Assembly (NCBI GenBank): GCA_964533405.1
Contig: CAZHKB010000001.1
Span: forward strand, 1 to 43,763
Direction: 5' to 3'
Source of the DNA: an uncultured Phycisphaeraceae bacterium
Lineage (GTDB): Bacteria; Planctomycetota; Phycisphaerae; Phycisphaerales; UBA1924
Length of the DNA stretch: 43,763 nucleotides
The position numbers were made by a program, and so were the translations under genes. The notes under the pieces were generated by a model. The model made no database searches. It saw nothing but the letters and a program-made list of their open reading frames with translations, and was not told the DNA's origin. Shown here one piece after another: positions 29,334 to 37,660 of this stretch (the first letter of the stretch is position 1; every line of letters begins with the position of its first letter).

Positions 29334-29362
29334 TTGACAACCGTCCGGGAACTTGCGACACT
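29334..29362 (+). promoter_or_regulatory. candidate sigma70-type promoter for the PEP-CTERM gene pair
   Basis: TTGACA-N17-GACACT lies in the AT-richer divergent intergenic region. An 8-bp hairpin, TCCCGCGA-caaga-TCGCGGGA, sits at 29416..29436 in the leader. Confidence 0.3.
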
Positions 29363-29518
29363 TGTGGTCGTGTGTCCGTGGAAGCGGACTTGTTCGGAGG
29401 AGACCGCCGGCTTCGTCCCGCGACAAGATCGCGGGAAGCGTTGAACAACGGGCTCGGGAGGCTCGAAGTCAGCGTTCAGACCGGCCTATCGGCGTCGTGA
29501 GCCGAGGAGAAGAGAGAC

Positions 29519-30268
29519 ATGAAGATCACTATGGGTTGGGGCGTGCGTACGGGGATCGCGGCGGGCGCGGTCGCTCTCATCGCGGGTGCGGCCAGCGCGG
29601 GGCTGTCCCACATCATCCTCCAGATTCAGGCCGACGTGAACGGGCAGGTCGGCACCTTCTCCGTTCCCCAGAGCGCCGGTACCTGGACTGGCACGTCCTT
29701 CTCGTGGACGCTGGCGGCCCCCACGCCCATCATGTCCCGCACCGGTTTGCAGCTGGGCATCGTGACCGATGCCTCCGTCTTCGTCATCGAAGACCCGGTC
29801 GTCGCCGTGAACTTCAATATCGTCTCGACCGCGGCCAACACGAACTTCACGATCGCCTCCCCGCTGCTCTCGTTCCCGACCATGACCGGTGCGGTGGGCG
29901 CGGCCTCGGCGGCCGTCTCCGTCACCGACCTGTTTGGCGATGGCGCGACCCTGACCCCCTCGGGCGGCGGCGCGTACTCGGCCGAGTACAACGGCCTGGT
30001 CCCCACGGGCACCAACTTCGCCACCCTGCTCGACAGCGCCGTCACCGCTGGCGCCTTCAGCACCGCGACCGCGAGCGATGAGTTCCCCGGCGGCGGGCTC
30101 TTCGCCCCCATCGCCGGCAACATCAGCGACATCAGCGCCCGCTGGCAGTTCACACTGTCCCCCGATGACCTGGCCTCCGGCACCGGCGTGTTCACCGTCG
30201 TTCCCGCCCCCTCCGCTCTGGCGGTGGTCGCGGTCGGCGGGCTGCTCGCGGGTCGTCGTCGCCGCTGA
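29519..30268 (+). CDS. PEP-CTERM-like sorting-domain protein (hypothetical)
   Basis: A signal peptide is present. The C-terminus is VVPAP-SALAVVAVGGLLAG-RRRR. Confidence 0.75.
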   Translation: MKITMGWGVRTGIAAGAVALIAGAASAGLSHIILQIQADVNGQVGTFSVPQSAGTWTGTSFSWTLAAPTPIMSRTGLQLGIVTDASVFVIEDPVVAVNFNIVSTAANTNFTIASPLLSFPTMTGAVGAASAAVSVTDLFGDGATLTPSGGGAYSAEYNGLVPTGTNFATLLDSAVTAGAFSTATASDEFPGGGLFAPIAGNISDISARWQFTLSPDDLASGTGVFTVVPAPSALAVVAVGGLLAGRRRR

Positions 30269-30450
30269 GTCCTTTGCGTCCGGGTTGGCCCGGGCCGCTC
30301 GAAAGAGCCCCGCACAATCCGTCCGACTGTCGGGTCCGAGGTATCGAGACATCGCCGTGCGGCGGGGAAGAGAGAGCCCCTCGTACGGAGACCAGAAGAG
30401 AGACCACGCTTCCCGATTCCCTCGGGGAGCGATGAATGGAGAGCAGAGGA

Positions 30451-31224
30451 ATGTCTCAGCGTAATCGGCTCGGCGGTTTGGCTGGCGCGGCTTGTGTCGC
30501 GCTGCTGGCCGGGATGCCCGGCGTCGCCCACGCGGGCTTCAGCGATCCCGCCCTCGTCTTCACCGCCACCAACCTGACGGGCACGGGCTCGATCAGCATC
30601 ACGCTTGCCCAGGGTTCGGCCCTGCCGGGCGGCGGATGGCAGTGGTCGCTGGCCGGCCCTCCGGTCCCGATCCTCACCGGCGGCGGCGCCCTCATCGGCA
30701 CCATCACGTCCGGCAGCATCACGATGAAGGACTCTGGCGGCCTGGTCGCGACGAGCTTCGCCGTCACCGCTGGCAACTCGGCGACAAACTTCCAGATCTC
30801 CAGCGGAGAGGTCTTCTTCCCCGCCCAGCTCAATCCCTTGGGGCGCGCCTCCGCGGGCATCACCGTGACCGACAACACGGGCAACGGCGCCTCCGTCACG
30901 GGCAACCGCCCAGGCGGAACCGTGTTCGGCGCGCACTACAACGGACCCGCCCCGGCCGGGCTTCTGTTCTCGAACCTGATCGCCGGCCCACTCAACGAGC
31001 CGAATGGCTTCGGCTCGGAGTCCACCAGCCAGTCCTTCCCCGCCGCCCCCGGCGCGTTCACCCCGATCGCGGGCAACGTCACCAGCATCTCCTCGCTCTG
31101 GGACTTCACCGTCACCAACAACGACCAGGCCTCCGGCACCAGCGTCTTCGTGCTGATCCCGGCTCCCGCCAGCCTCGCGCTGCTGGGAATGGGCGGCCTG
31201 ATCGCCGGTCGCCGTCGCCGCTGA
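30451..31224 (+). CDS. PEP-CTERM-like sorting-domain protein (paralog of 29519..30268)
   Basis: ATG 30451 gives a signal peptide. The C-terminus is LIPAP-ASLALLGMGGLIAG-RRRR. The last ~60 aa align with the preceding gene. Confidence 0.75.
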   Translation: MSQRNRLGGLAGAACVALLAGMPGVAHAGFSDPALVFTATNLTGTGSISITLAQGSALPGGGWQWSLAGPPVPILTGGGALIGTITSGSITMKDSGGLVATSFAVTAGNSATNFQISSGEVFFPAQLNPLGRASAGITVTDNTGNGASVTGNRPGGTVFGAHYNGPAPAGLLFSNLIAGPLNEPNGFGSESTSQSFPAAPGAFTPIAGNVTSISSLWDFTVTNNDQASGTSVFVLIPAPASLALLGMGGLIAGRRRR

Positions 31225-31247
31225 TCACGTCCTCACCTCGAACACTC

Positions 31248-31281
31248 AACCGGGCCGATTCATCGGCCCGGTTGTTTTTTT
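31248..31281 (+). terminator. Rho-independent terminator
   Basis: AACCGGGCCGA-ttca-TCGGCCCGGTT forms an 11-bp stem followed by GTTTTTTT. It lies 24 nt after the stop at 31224. Confidence 0.8.
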
Positions 31282-31428
31282 GGACCCCATCGATCTCGTC
31301 ACCACCCGCGCCCGAGGCGGGTGGCGTCCCGGGAATCGCCCGCTCCACCCGAGCAGCAACCCGCGCGGGACAGGCCTCCGGTTGCTTCTCAAACCCAGAG
31401 TGATACGGATCGTCGTTGCGACTCGGGC

Positions 31429-31516
31429 GTGCCACCGATCGTGGCTCTGCACGATCGGTGCGGATTGGCCGGTGGTGACCGAGGCACCCATCGCTCAACG
31501 CAGCGATCGGTGGCAC
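31429..31516 (+). repeat. 88-bp double-hairpin palindromic element, copy B
   Basis: It has 13-bp terminal inverted repeats GTGCCACCGATCG/CGATCGGTGGCAC. An internal 11-bp hairpin is CACCGATCGTG-GCTCTG-CACGATCGGTG. It lies between the terminator and tRNA-Ile. Confidence 0.75.
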
Positions 31517-31705
31517 GACGACGCCCGAGTTCCATCACGAGTTCGTATGACTCGTACCCGGACCTTCGTCGCAGCGCACGTCAGTTTCCTGCGTCCGGCG
31601 CCGCATGACCCGTGCGTTTGCGCTGCGGGTTCGCGACTTCGGTCTACCCTCGCCGCTTGTGGGCGATATACTGTGTCCCCCTGCGGGAAGCCGTGGGTCA
31701 AAGTC

Positions 31706-31779
31706 GGGCCTGTAGCTCAGTTGGCTAGAGCGTGCCCCTGATAAGGGCAAGGTCAGCAGTTCGACCCTGCTCAGGCCCA
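31706..31779 (+). tRNA. tRNA-Ile (anticodon GAT)
   Basis: Hand-folded cloverleaf: acceptor GGGCCTG/CAGGCCC, D arm GCTC-AGTTGGCTA-GAGC, anticodon arm TGCCC-CTGATAA-GGGCA, T arm AGCAG-TTCGACC-CTGCT, discriminator A. It is 74 nt long and CCA is not encoded. Confidence 0.9.
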
Positions 31780-31903
31780 TTCGTGTTCCGCACGTCGCCC
31801 GGCGAGCCCGGGCGCGTGGCGTTTTGGGCGGTTGCGTCGGGCCTGACGCCGCACGCCCACCACCCGGCGCCTCACGCCGCCAGCCGGCCTTTCGAGGTGC
31901 CCC

Positions 31904-32851
31904 GTGCCCAAAACCCCGCGTCCCGGATTCTGGAGCGACTTCCGAAAGTTCTTCGGGCGTGGCTTGGCGATCCTGCTCCCCACCGTGCTGACGCTCTGGC
32001 TGCTCTGGCAGGCCGCCATGTTCGTGTTCGCCGCCGTGGCCGAGCCGATCAACCGCGGCATTCGCCTGGGCACGATGCGGGTGATGCCCGACCTCTTCGC
32101 GCCCGAAGCCGGCCCGCGCCGCTGGTACAACATCGAGCAGCCACAGTGGTGGCACGTCAGCCCCACGGCCATCGATCGCTATCAGGGAGCGCGTCAGGCC
32201 CGCGGCCTCGAGCCGCTGGGCGAGCCGATCGCGGCGCGCGACATCCGGCGCGAGCGGTTCCGCGAGCTGTGGGGCCAGCACTGGTACCTCGAGGGCACCG
32301 GACTGGTCGTGGCCATCGTTCTCATCTACTTTGCGGGGCTGCTGGTCACCAACTTCTTGGGCCGTAAGTTCTACTCCTACTTCGAGCGGTCGATCTCCAA
32401 GGTGCCCGTGTTCAAGCAGGTGTATCCGCACGTCAAGCAGGTCGTGGACATGGTGATGGGCGACAAGCCCATGGCGTTCAAGCGTGTGGTGATGGTGCAG
32501 TATCCGCGCGCGGGGATCTGGACGCTCGGATTCGTCACCAGCGGCGGGTTCCGCGAGGCCCGGCGCACCTCGACCAACGAGGACGTGATCACCGTGTTCA
32601 TCCCCTCGACCCCCACGCCATTCACCGGCTGGGTGATCAACCTGTCCGCCAGGGACGTGATCGACATGGACATCACGATCGACCAGGCGCTACGGTTCGT
32701 CATCACCGGGGGCATGTTGACCCCCGACGACGTGCAGGCCAACGCGAAGCACACGCGCACCCCCGAGGCGGGCACGCCCAGGCCCCCGGCCGTCGGCGGC
32801 GCGGCTTCGGACGCTTCCGCGGGAGCGTCGTCAGAGTCGCGTTCGGCATAA
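31904..32851 (+). CDS. DUF502 domain membrane protein
   Basis: The start is GTG. Two N-terminal TM segments are present. VFIPSTPTPFTGWVINL...ALRFVITGG is typical of DUF502. Confidence 0.7.
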   Translation: MPKTPRPGFWSDFRKFFGRGLAILLPTVLTLWLLWQAAMFVFAAVAEPINRGIRLGTMRVMPDLFAPEAGPRRWYNIEQPQWWHVSPTAIDRYQGARQARGLEPLGEPIAARDIRRERFRELWGQHWYLEGTGLVVAIVLIYFAGLLVTNFLGRKFYSYFERSISKVPVFKQVYPHVKQVVDMVMGDKPMAFKRVVMVQYPRAGIWTLGFVTSGGFREARRTSTNEDVITVFIPSTPTPFTGWVINLSARDVIDMDITIDQALRFVITGGMLTPDDVQANAKHTRTPEAGTPRPPAVGGAASDASAGASSESRSA

Positions 32852-33026
32852 CGGTGAAGCGGGCTCGGCCATCGGATGGATTTGCCCGGGCGGGTGCCTC
32901 ATGGCTCGTTCCGGGCCCGCCCCGCGACCGCGGTTGACCGCGTGTATCATGGCCCTTCGCCGGAGTCGGCGAACGCGAGGCACGGACCGGTTCGCGCGTC
33001 GGGGTGAACAGGGAAGGGGACTCTTC

Positions 33027-33338
33027 ATGCGGATCGAAGTGACGGGCCAGCACCTGGCGATCAGCCCGGGGATCAAGGCCCACGCCGAGCAGAAGGCCGA
33101 CAAGCTCACGAAGTTCTACGACCAGGTGCAGCTGATCAAGGTCCGGGTGGACCATGAGCCCAAGCACGCGGACACGCCGTTCGAGGTCGAGGTCATCGTG
33201 GACGTGGAGCACCACGAGGACTTCGTGGCCAAGGCCAGCGGGACCGACGTGTATGTGACGATCGACCACGCGGTGGACAAGGCGGCCCGCCAGCTCAAGG
33301 ACTTCAAGGAGAAGCTCAAGCTGGGCAAGAGAGGGTGA
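33027..33338 (+). CDS. hpf: ribosome hibernation-promoting factor (short HPF/RaiA family)
   Basis: ATG 33027 follows GGGAAGGGGA. The sequence is MRIEVTGQHLAISPGIKAHAEQKADKLTKFYD...DVYVTIDHAVDKAARQLKDFKEK. Confidence 0.85.
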   Translation: MRIEVTGQHLAISPGIKAHAEQKADKLTKFYDQVQLIKVRVDHEPKHADTPFEVEVIVDVEHHEDFVAKASGTDVYVTIDHAVDKAARQLKDFKEKLKLGKRG

Positions 33339-33513
33339 GGGGAGCTCCGAGGGCAAGCTCGGCGATCGCCCCGCCCGGTTCCTGCCGGTCTGGTCCAGGA
33401 GAGCGAGTCGCGCGCCCGATTGGAGAGCAGGGGGCGGCGGTGTGTCTGGGGCTTGTGTGATTCCCATGGTTTGAGTTCGCGTGCCGGTGCTGGGCGCGTG
33501 TGAGGGCCGCGAG

Positions 33514-33984
33514 ATGAAGCTGGGCGACATCGTGGTGCAGGAGGCGGTGGTCACGGAGCTTCGCGCGATGGAGCGTGACGACGTGATCGCGGAGATCATC
33601 GACGCGCTGATCGCCTCGGGGGCCGCCCCTCCCGAGGTGCGGGGCGAGCTCATCGCTTCGGTGCTGGAGCGTGAGTCCAAGGGGACCACCGGGTTCGGCA
33701 AGGGCGTGGCGGTGCCGCATGTGAAGCACAAGGCGGTGCGCCGCATGGCCGCCGGCGTCGCGCTCTCACCCCGGGGGATCGACTTTTCGTCGATGGACAA
33801 GCAGCCGGTGTACTCGGTGTTCCTGCTGCTCAGCCCCGACAACAAGCCCGAGGAGCACCTGCAGGCGATGGAGGTGATCTTCCGCAACCTGAGCAAGGAG
33901 ACGTTCCGGCGTTTCCTTCGCCAGGCGAGCACCCCCGCGGACGTGAAGCAGCTGATCGAGGACGCGGACAACCAGGCGATCTGA
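33514..33984 (+). CDS. ptsN: PTS EIIA-type-2 domain protein (nitrogen-regulatory PtsN-like)
   Basis: ATG 33514. GFGKGVAVPHVKH contains the phospho-His motif. Position after hpf is the classic hpf-ptsN order. Confidence 0.75.
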   Translation: MKLGDIVVQEAVVTELRAMERDDVIAEIIDALIASGAAPPEVRGELIASVLERESKGTTGFGKGVAVPHVKHKAVRRMAAGVALSPRGIDFSSMDKQPVYSVFLLLSPDNKPEEHLQAMEVIFRNLSKETFRRFLRQASTPADVKQLIEDADNQAI

Positions 33985-33994
33985 CGCCGGGCGT

Positions 33995-35911
33995 TCAACC
34001 CGAGGCGCCCGCTTCCGCCAGCGTCCGATCGATCCACCGCTGCACTCGCTGGTCCAGCACCGCCAGCGGGATCGCCCCGGCCCCCAGCACCACATCGTGG
34101 AAGTCCCGCAGGTTGAACCGCGCCCCGAGCTCGCGCTCGCCGCGGGCCCGCAGTTCCCTGATCTTCAACTCGCCCAGTTTGTACCCCAGCGCCTGGCCCG
34201 GCCAGCCGATGTAGCGGTCCACCTCGGTGGTCGTGTCATGCACGGCATTGGCCGAGTGCGCCAGCATGTAGTCGATCGCCTGCTGGCGTGTCCAGCCCTT
34301 GGCGTGCAGCCCCGTGTCGACGACCAGGCGCAGGGCCCGCCACATCTCGAAGTTCAGGCGGCCGAAGTTGTCGTACGGGTCCTCGTACAACCCTCGCCCC
34401 GACGGCCACGGCAGGTCCCCCATCTCGAGCCCCAGCCGCTCGGCGTACAGCGCCCAGCCCTCGACATACGCCGTGAATCCGAGCAGCGTGCGATACTCGT
34501 GCAGACCTTCGAGTTCCTGGGCCAGGGCGATCTGGAGGTGGTGCCCCGGCACGGCCTCGTGCAGCGTCAGCGCGATCATGTCGTACTTCGGGCGCTGGTC
34601 CAGCGCGTAGGTGTTGGCCATGAAGTACCCGGCCACGCCCGTCTTGAGCGACCCGTTGTAGTAGTACGCCGCAGGGCTGGCGGGCGCGAAGATCTCGGGA
34701 ATCGCCCGCACCCCATACGGCAATCGCGGCAAGCGCCCGAACAATCGCGGCAGTTCCGGGTCGATCGTCTTGCAGATGAGGCGGAACCGCTCCAGAAGTT
34801 CGTCGGGGTCCGTGTAATAGAACCGCGGATCGGTGCGCAGGTCGTCGCAGAACCCCTTGAGCAGCTCCGCGCCCGCAAGTTCGCTCTTTCGCGGGTAGTC
34901 GCTGGCGGCGATCACGCCCATCATCTCGGCCTGAATCCGCTCGACCTCGCGCCGCCCGATCTCGTGGATCTGGTCCGCGGTCAGCGTCAGCGTGGTGTGC
35001 TGGCGGATCGCGAACTCATAGAGGTCGCGCCCATACTCGGGATCGGCCTCCGGGGCCAGGTCCGTGATCCCCAGCGTCTCGCGGCACGCCGGAACGTACT
35101 CGTCCCGAAGGAACGCGCCCAGCCGCTCGAACGCCGGGACGATCCCCGCCTCGATGGCGCGGCGTGCCCGCTTGCCCGAGGGGTCTTCGCCATCCAGCGC
35201 GCGAAACGGGGTATAGAAAGGGCTCTGCGTCGGATCGCCGCGGTGCGCATCGCTGGCCAGCAGCCCACACTGGGCATCGGCCCCCACCACCGTCACCCGG
35301 GGCGGCATGATGCCAAGGCGCATCCCCTCGCGCATGTTGTCGATGTGGTCGTCGATGTGGCGGGGCAGAGCCTCCAGGCGGGCCGCGTAATCCGCGTAGT
35401 GCCGTGGCGTCAGGAACGACAACTGGGCCGACATCTGCGCCAGCCACACCTGCGGCCCGTTCATCGCCGAAACCGGCATCAGCTGCTGACGGAACCGCGC
35501 GCCATCCCGGCGCGACTCCAGGTCCCACTTCAGCAGGTCGTAATCGGTCCGATCCTCCTCCGACAGCCGGCTGGTGTCGATGCGGTTCAGGCGGGCGAGG
35601 CGCTCGATGACCTCCTCGTCGGCCTGCGCGATCGCGTCGGGCGAAACGTCGGGCAGGCGGTCGTTGAACCGCTCGTCGCCGCGCTGGCTGGCCGAGACCG
35701 GATCAGTCCGCGCCAGCCACTCGACGTGCTCGTCGAGAAGGGCCAGCAGCTCCCGATGCCGCGCAGGCTGCGCGGAGTGGGAGCGGCTCTGAGCGGCCAC
35801 GCCCGATGGAGCGGCACGGCCCAGGCTCTGCGTGGCCACGCCCTTGGGCGGCATCGCCAACGCACCAGCAACAAGCACGAGTGTGACAGGGGTCAGGCCG
35901 CGTGTGGTCAT
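33995..35911 (-). CDS. DUF885 family protein (putative metallopeptidase-like)
   Basis: A signal peptide is present. The HEAVPGHHLQ motif and overall length are typical of DUF885. Confidence 0.75.
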   Translation of the reverse strand: MTTRGLTPVTLVLVAGALAMPPKGVATQSLGRAAPSGVAAQSRSHSAQPARHRELLALLDEHVEWLARTDPVSASQRGDERFNDRLPDVSPDAIAQADEEVIERLARLNRIDTSRLSEEDRTDYDLLKWDLESRRDGARFRQQLMPVSAMNGPQVWLAQMSAQLSFLTPRHYADYAARLEALPRHIDDHIDNMREGMRLGIMPPRVTVVGADAQCGLLASDAHRGDPTQSPFYTPFRALDGEDPSGKRARRAIEAGIVPAFERLGAFLRDEYVPACRETLGITDLAPEADPEYGRDLYEFAIRQHTTLTLTADQIHEIGRREVERIQAEMMGVIAASDYPRKSELAGAELLKGFCDDLRTDPRFYYTDPDELLERFRLICKTIDPELPRLFGRLPRLPYGVRAIPEIFAPASPAAYYYNGSLKTGVAGYFMANTYALDQRPKYDMIALTLHEAVPGHHLQIALAQELEGLHEYRTLLGFTAYVEGWALYAERLGLEMGDLPWPSGRGLYEDPYDNFGRLNFEMWRALRLVVDTGLHAKGWTRQQAIDYMLAHSANAVHDTTTEVDRYIGWPGQALGYKLGELKIRELRARGERELGARFNLRDFHDVVLGAGAIPLAVLDQRVQRWIDRTLAEAGASG

Positions 35912-36051
35912 GCAGGAGTGTACCGATCACCACGCGCGGCGCATCCCCCGGGGGCGGATGGAGGGTGATGGGCTTTCCACCCCGTCCGGAGTCGGGTGGC
36001 TCGGCCGATCAACCCGCGACTGCCCCGCCCCCCCTCGCCGCGGGTGGCCGT

Positions 36052-37536
36052 CTACTCGCCCTTGCCGCCGCGCACGCGCCGGGCGACCCAGTGGAACACA
36101 TCCGCAACCGCCCACAGCCTCAGCCGCATCGAAAGCCGCCGCAGCGACGCATCATCCGGGTCCAGCGCCCTGGCCTTCTCGACCCAGAACCGAGCCCGCG
36201 TCCACTGGCCCTGCTGGAGATACCCCATCGCCAGATTGTGCATCGCCCGCACGTTCCCGCCGTCGAGTTCAATGGCCCGGCGTGCGTGCTCCATCCCGCC
36301 CTCGCGGTCGCCCATGCGGAACCGGGCCGCCCCGAGCAGGTGGACGCCCGCGGCGTGCTCAGGTGCCATTTCCAGCAGCCAACGCAAGACGCCAGAGGCC
36401 TCGGCCGGCAGCGAGACATCCAGGAACAACCGCCCCATCTCCTCAAGCGCCTCAGGGTCGGGGTCCGAGCCTTTGGGCGAGTCCGCATCCTTCCGCAGGT
36501 CGCGGAGTTCGTGGCGGAGCAGACGCCTCGCCTCGGCCAGATCGCGGTCCTTGGCCCGGGCCACCAGCAACTCGGCCAAGCGCGGGCGGACGCCCCGGTG
36601 CCGCGCGTCCAGCCGCAGCACGACGTTGAATGCGGAGATCGCCGCTTCCAGGTGCCCCTGACGGTGGGCCACCTCGCCCAGGCCGAAGTGGGCGTCGGGG
36701 TCCTCGGGCTCGATCTCGAGCACGCGCCGGAACTTCTCGGCCGCCTCGGGCAGGCGCTCCATGCGGATCAGCAGGTCGCCCAGGTCCAGCAGCGAGTCGA
36801 TGTCGCCGGGATCGCGCCGCAGTTCCTGGAAGTACAGCGTCCGCGCCCGCTCCAGACGCCCCGTCGAGGCATACGCCTCGGCCAGCCTCGCGTGGATTCG
36901 CGGCAGTTCGGGATCGAGCCGACCGGCCTCCCGCAGACACCAGATCGCCTTCTCATCCAGCCCGCGATCCAGCAGCGAGTCGGCCATGGCCGCGTACAGC
37001 GGGGCCGACTGCGTCTCGATCTGCTGGGCCATGTAGAACGCGGTCTCGGCCTCTTCGTGGCGCCCGAGCGTGGCCAGGGCCTCGATCCGATGCACCGCGA
37101 TGGACGTGGCGATCTCAGAGGTCGACCGCGGGGGCATCGCCCCGCCCGTCTCGCCCTGCTCGCCGGACCGGTGCTCGACCCGGCGCTCCGCGTGGCTCAG
37201 CCAGACCAGAGACTCCTGGGCGTGCCCGGCCTTGAGCGACGCCACCCCGAGCATCACGCAGATCTGGGCGTCATCGGGCTCCAGCGCGTGGGCTTGCTTG
37301 AACGCCTCGACCGCGTCTTCAAACCGACCGGCCGCGTCCAGCGTCAACCCCAGGTTGAAGTGCCATTCGATCTGGTACGGATTGCTCGACAGAGCCTTGC
37401 GGAGTTCGGACTCCGCCTCGTCCCAGCGACCCGCCTCATAATGCTGGTGGGCCCGCTCAACGTGCTCTTCCGCGTCATGCCATTCGTTCATGGCGGGCAG
37501 TCCCGGGGGTTTGCGGCGAAAGTTTGTGGAAATCAA
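36052..37536 (-). CDS. tetratricopeptide repeat protein
   Basis: Repeated TPR helices run throughout (e.g. AVEAFKQAHALEPDDAQ, AIELDGGNVRAMHNLAMGYLQQGQW). The ORF starts with TTG at 37536, and ATG 37491 is an alternative start. Confidence 0.75.
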   Translation of the reverse strand: MISTNFRRKPPGLPAMNEWHDAEEHVERAHQHYEAGRWDEAESELRKALSSNPYQIEWHFNLGLTLDAAGRFEDAVEAFKQAHALEPDDAQICVMLGVASLKAGHAQESLVWLSHAERRVEHRSGEQGETGGAMPPRSTSEIATSIAVHRIEALATLGRHEEAETAFYMAQQIETQSAPLYAAMADSLLDRGLDEKAIWCLREAGRLDPELPRIHARLAEAYASTGRLERARTLYFQELRRDPGDIDSLLDLGDLLIRMERLPEAAEKFRRVLEIEPEDPDAHFGLGEVAHRQGHLEAAISAFNVVLRLDARHRGVRPRLAELLVARAKDRDLAEARRLLRHELRDLRKDADSPKGSDPDPEALEEMGRLFLDVSLPAEASGVLRWLLEMAPEHAAGVHLLGAARFRMGDREGGMEHARRAIELDGGNVRAMHNLAMGYLQQGQWTRARFWVEKARALDPDDASLRRLSMRLRLWAVADVFHWVARRVRGGKGE

Positions 37537-37660
37537 CGCTTGCGGGAGCCGATCCTACGCGACGCCTCTGTGCGCATCAATGGTCATGGCGTAGGATCGA
37601 AATGATAGCGGCCCCGGTCCGAGAAAAGATCGGGCCACGCGGCTTCCCGGGAACACAACG

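Noticed and set aside
31667-31672. A TATACT hexamer about 35 nt upstream of tRNA-Ile as its -10 box.
   Set aside because: No acceptable -35 hexamer lies at 16-18 nt spacing, so support is too weak to call.
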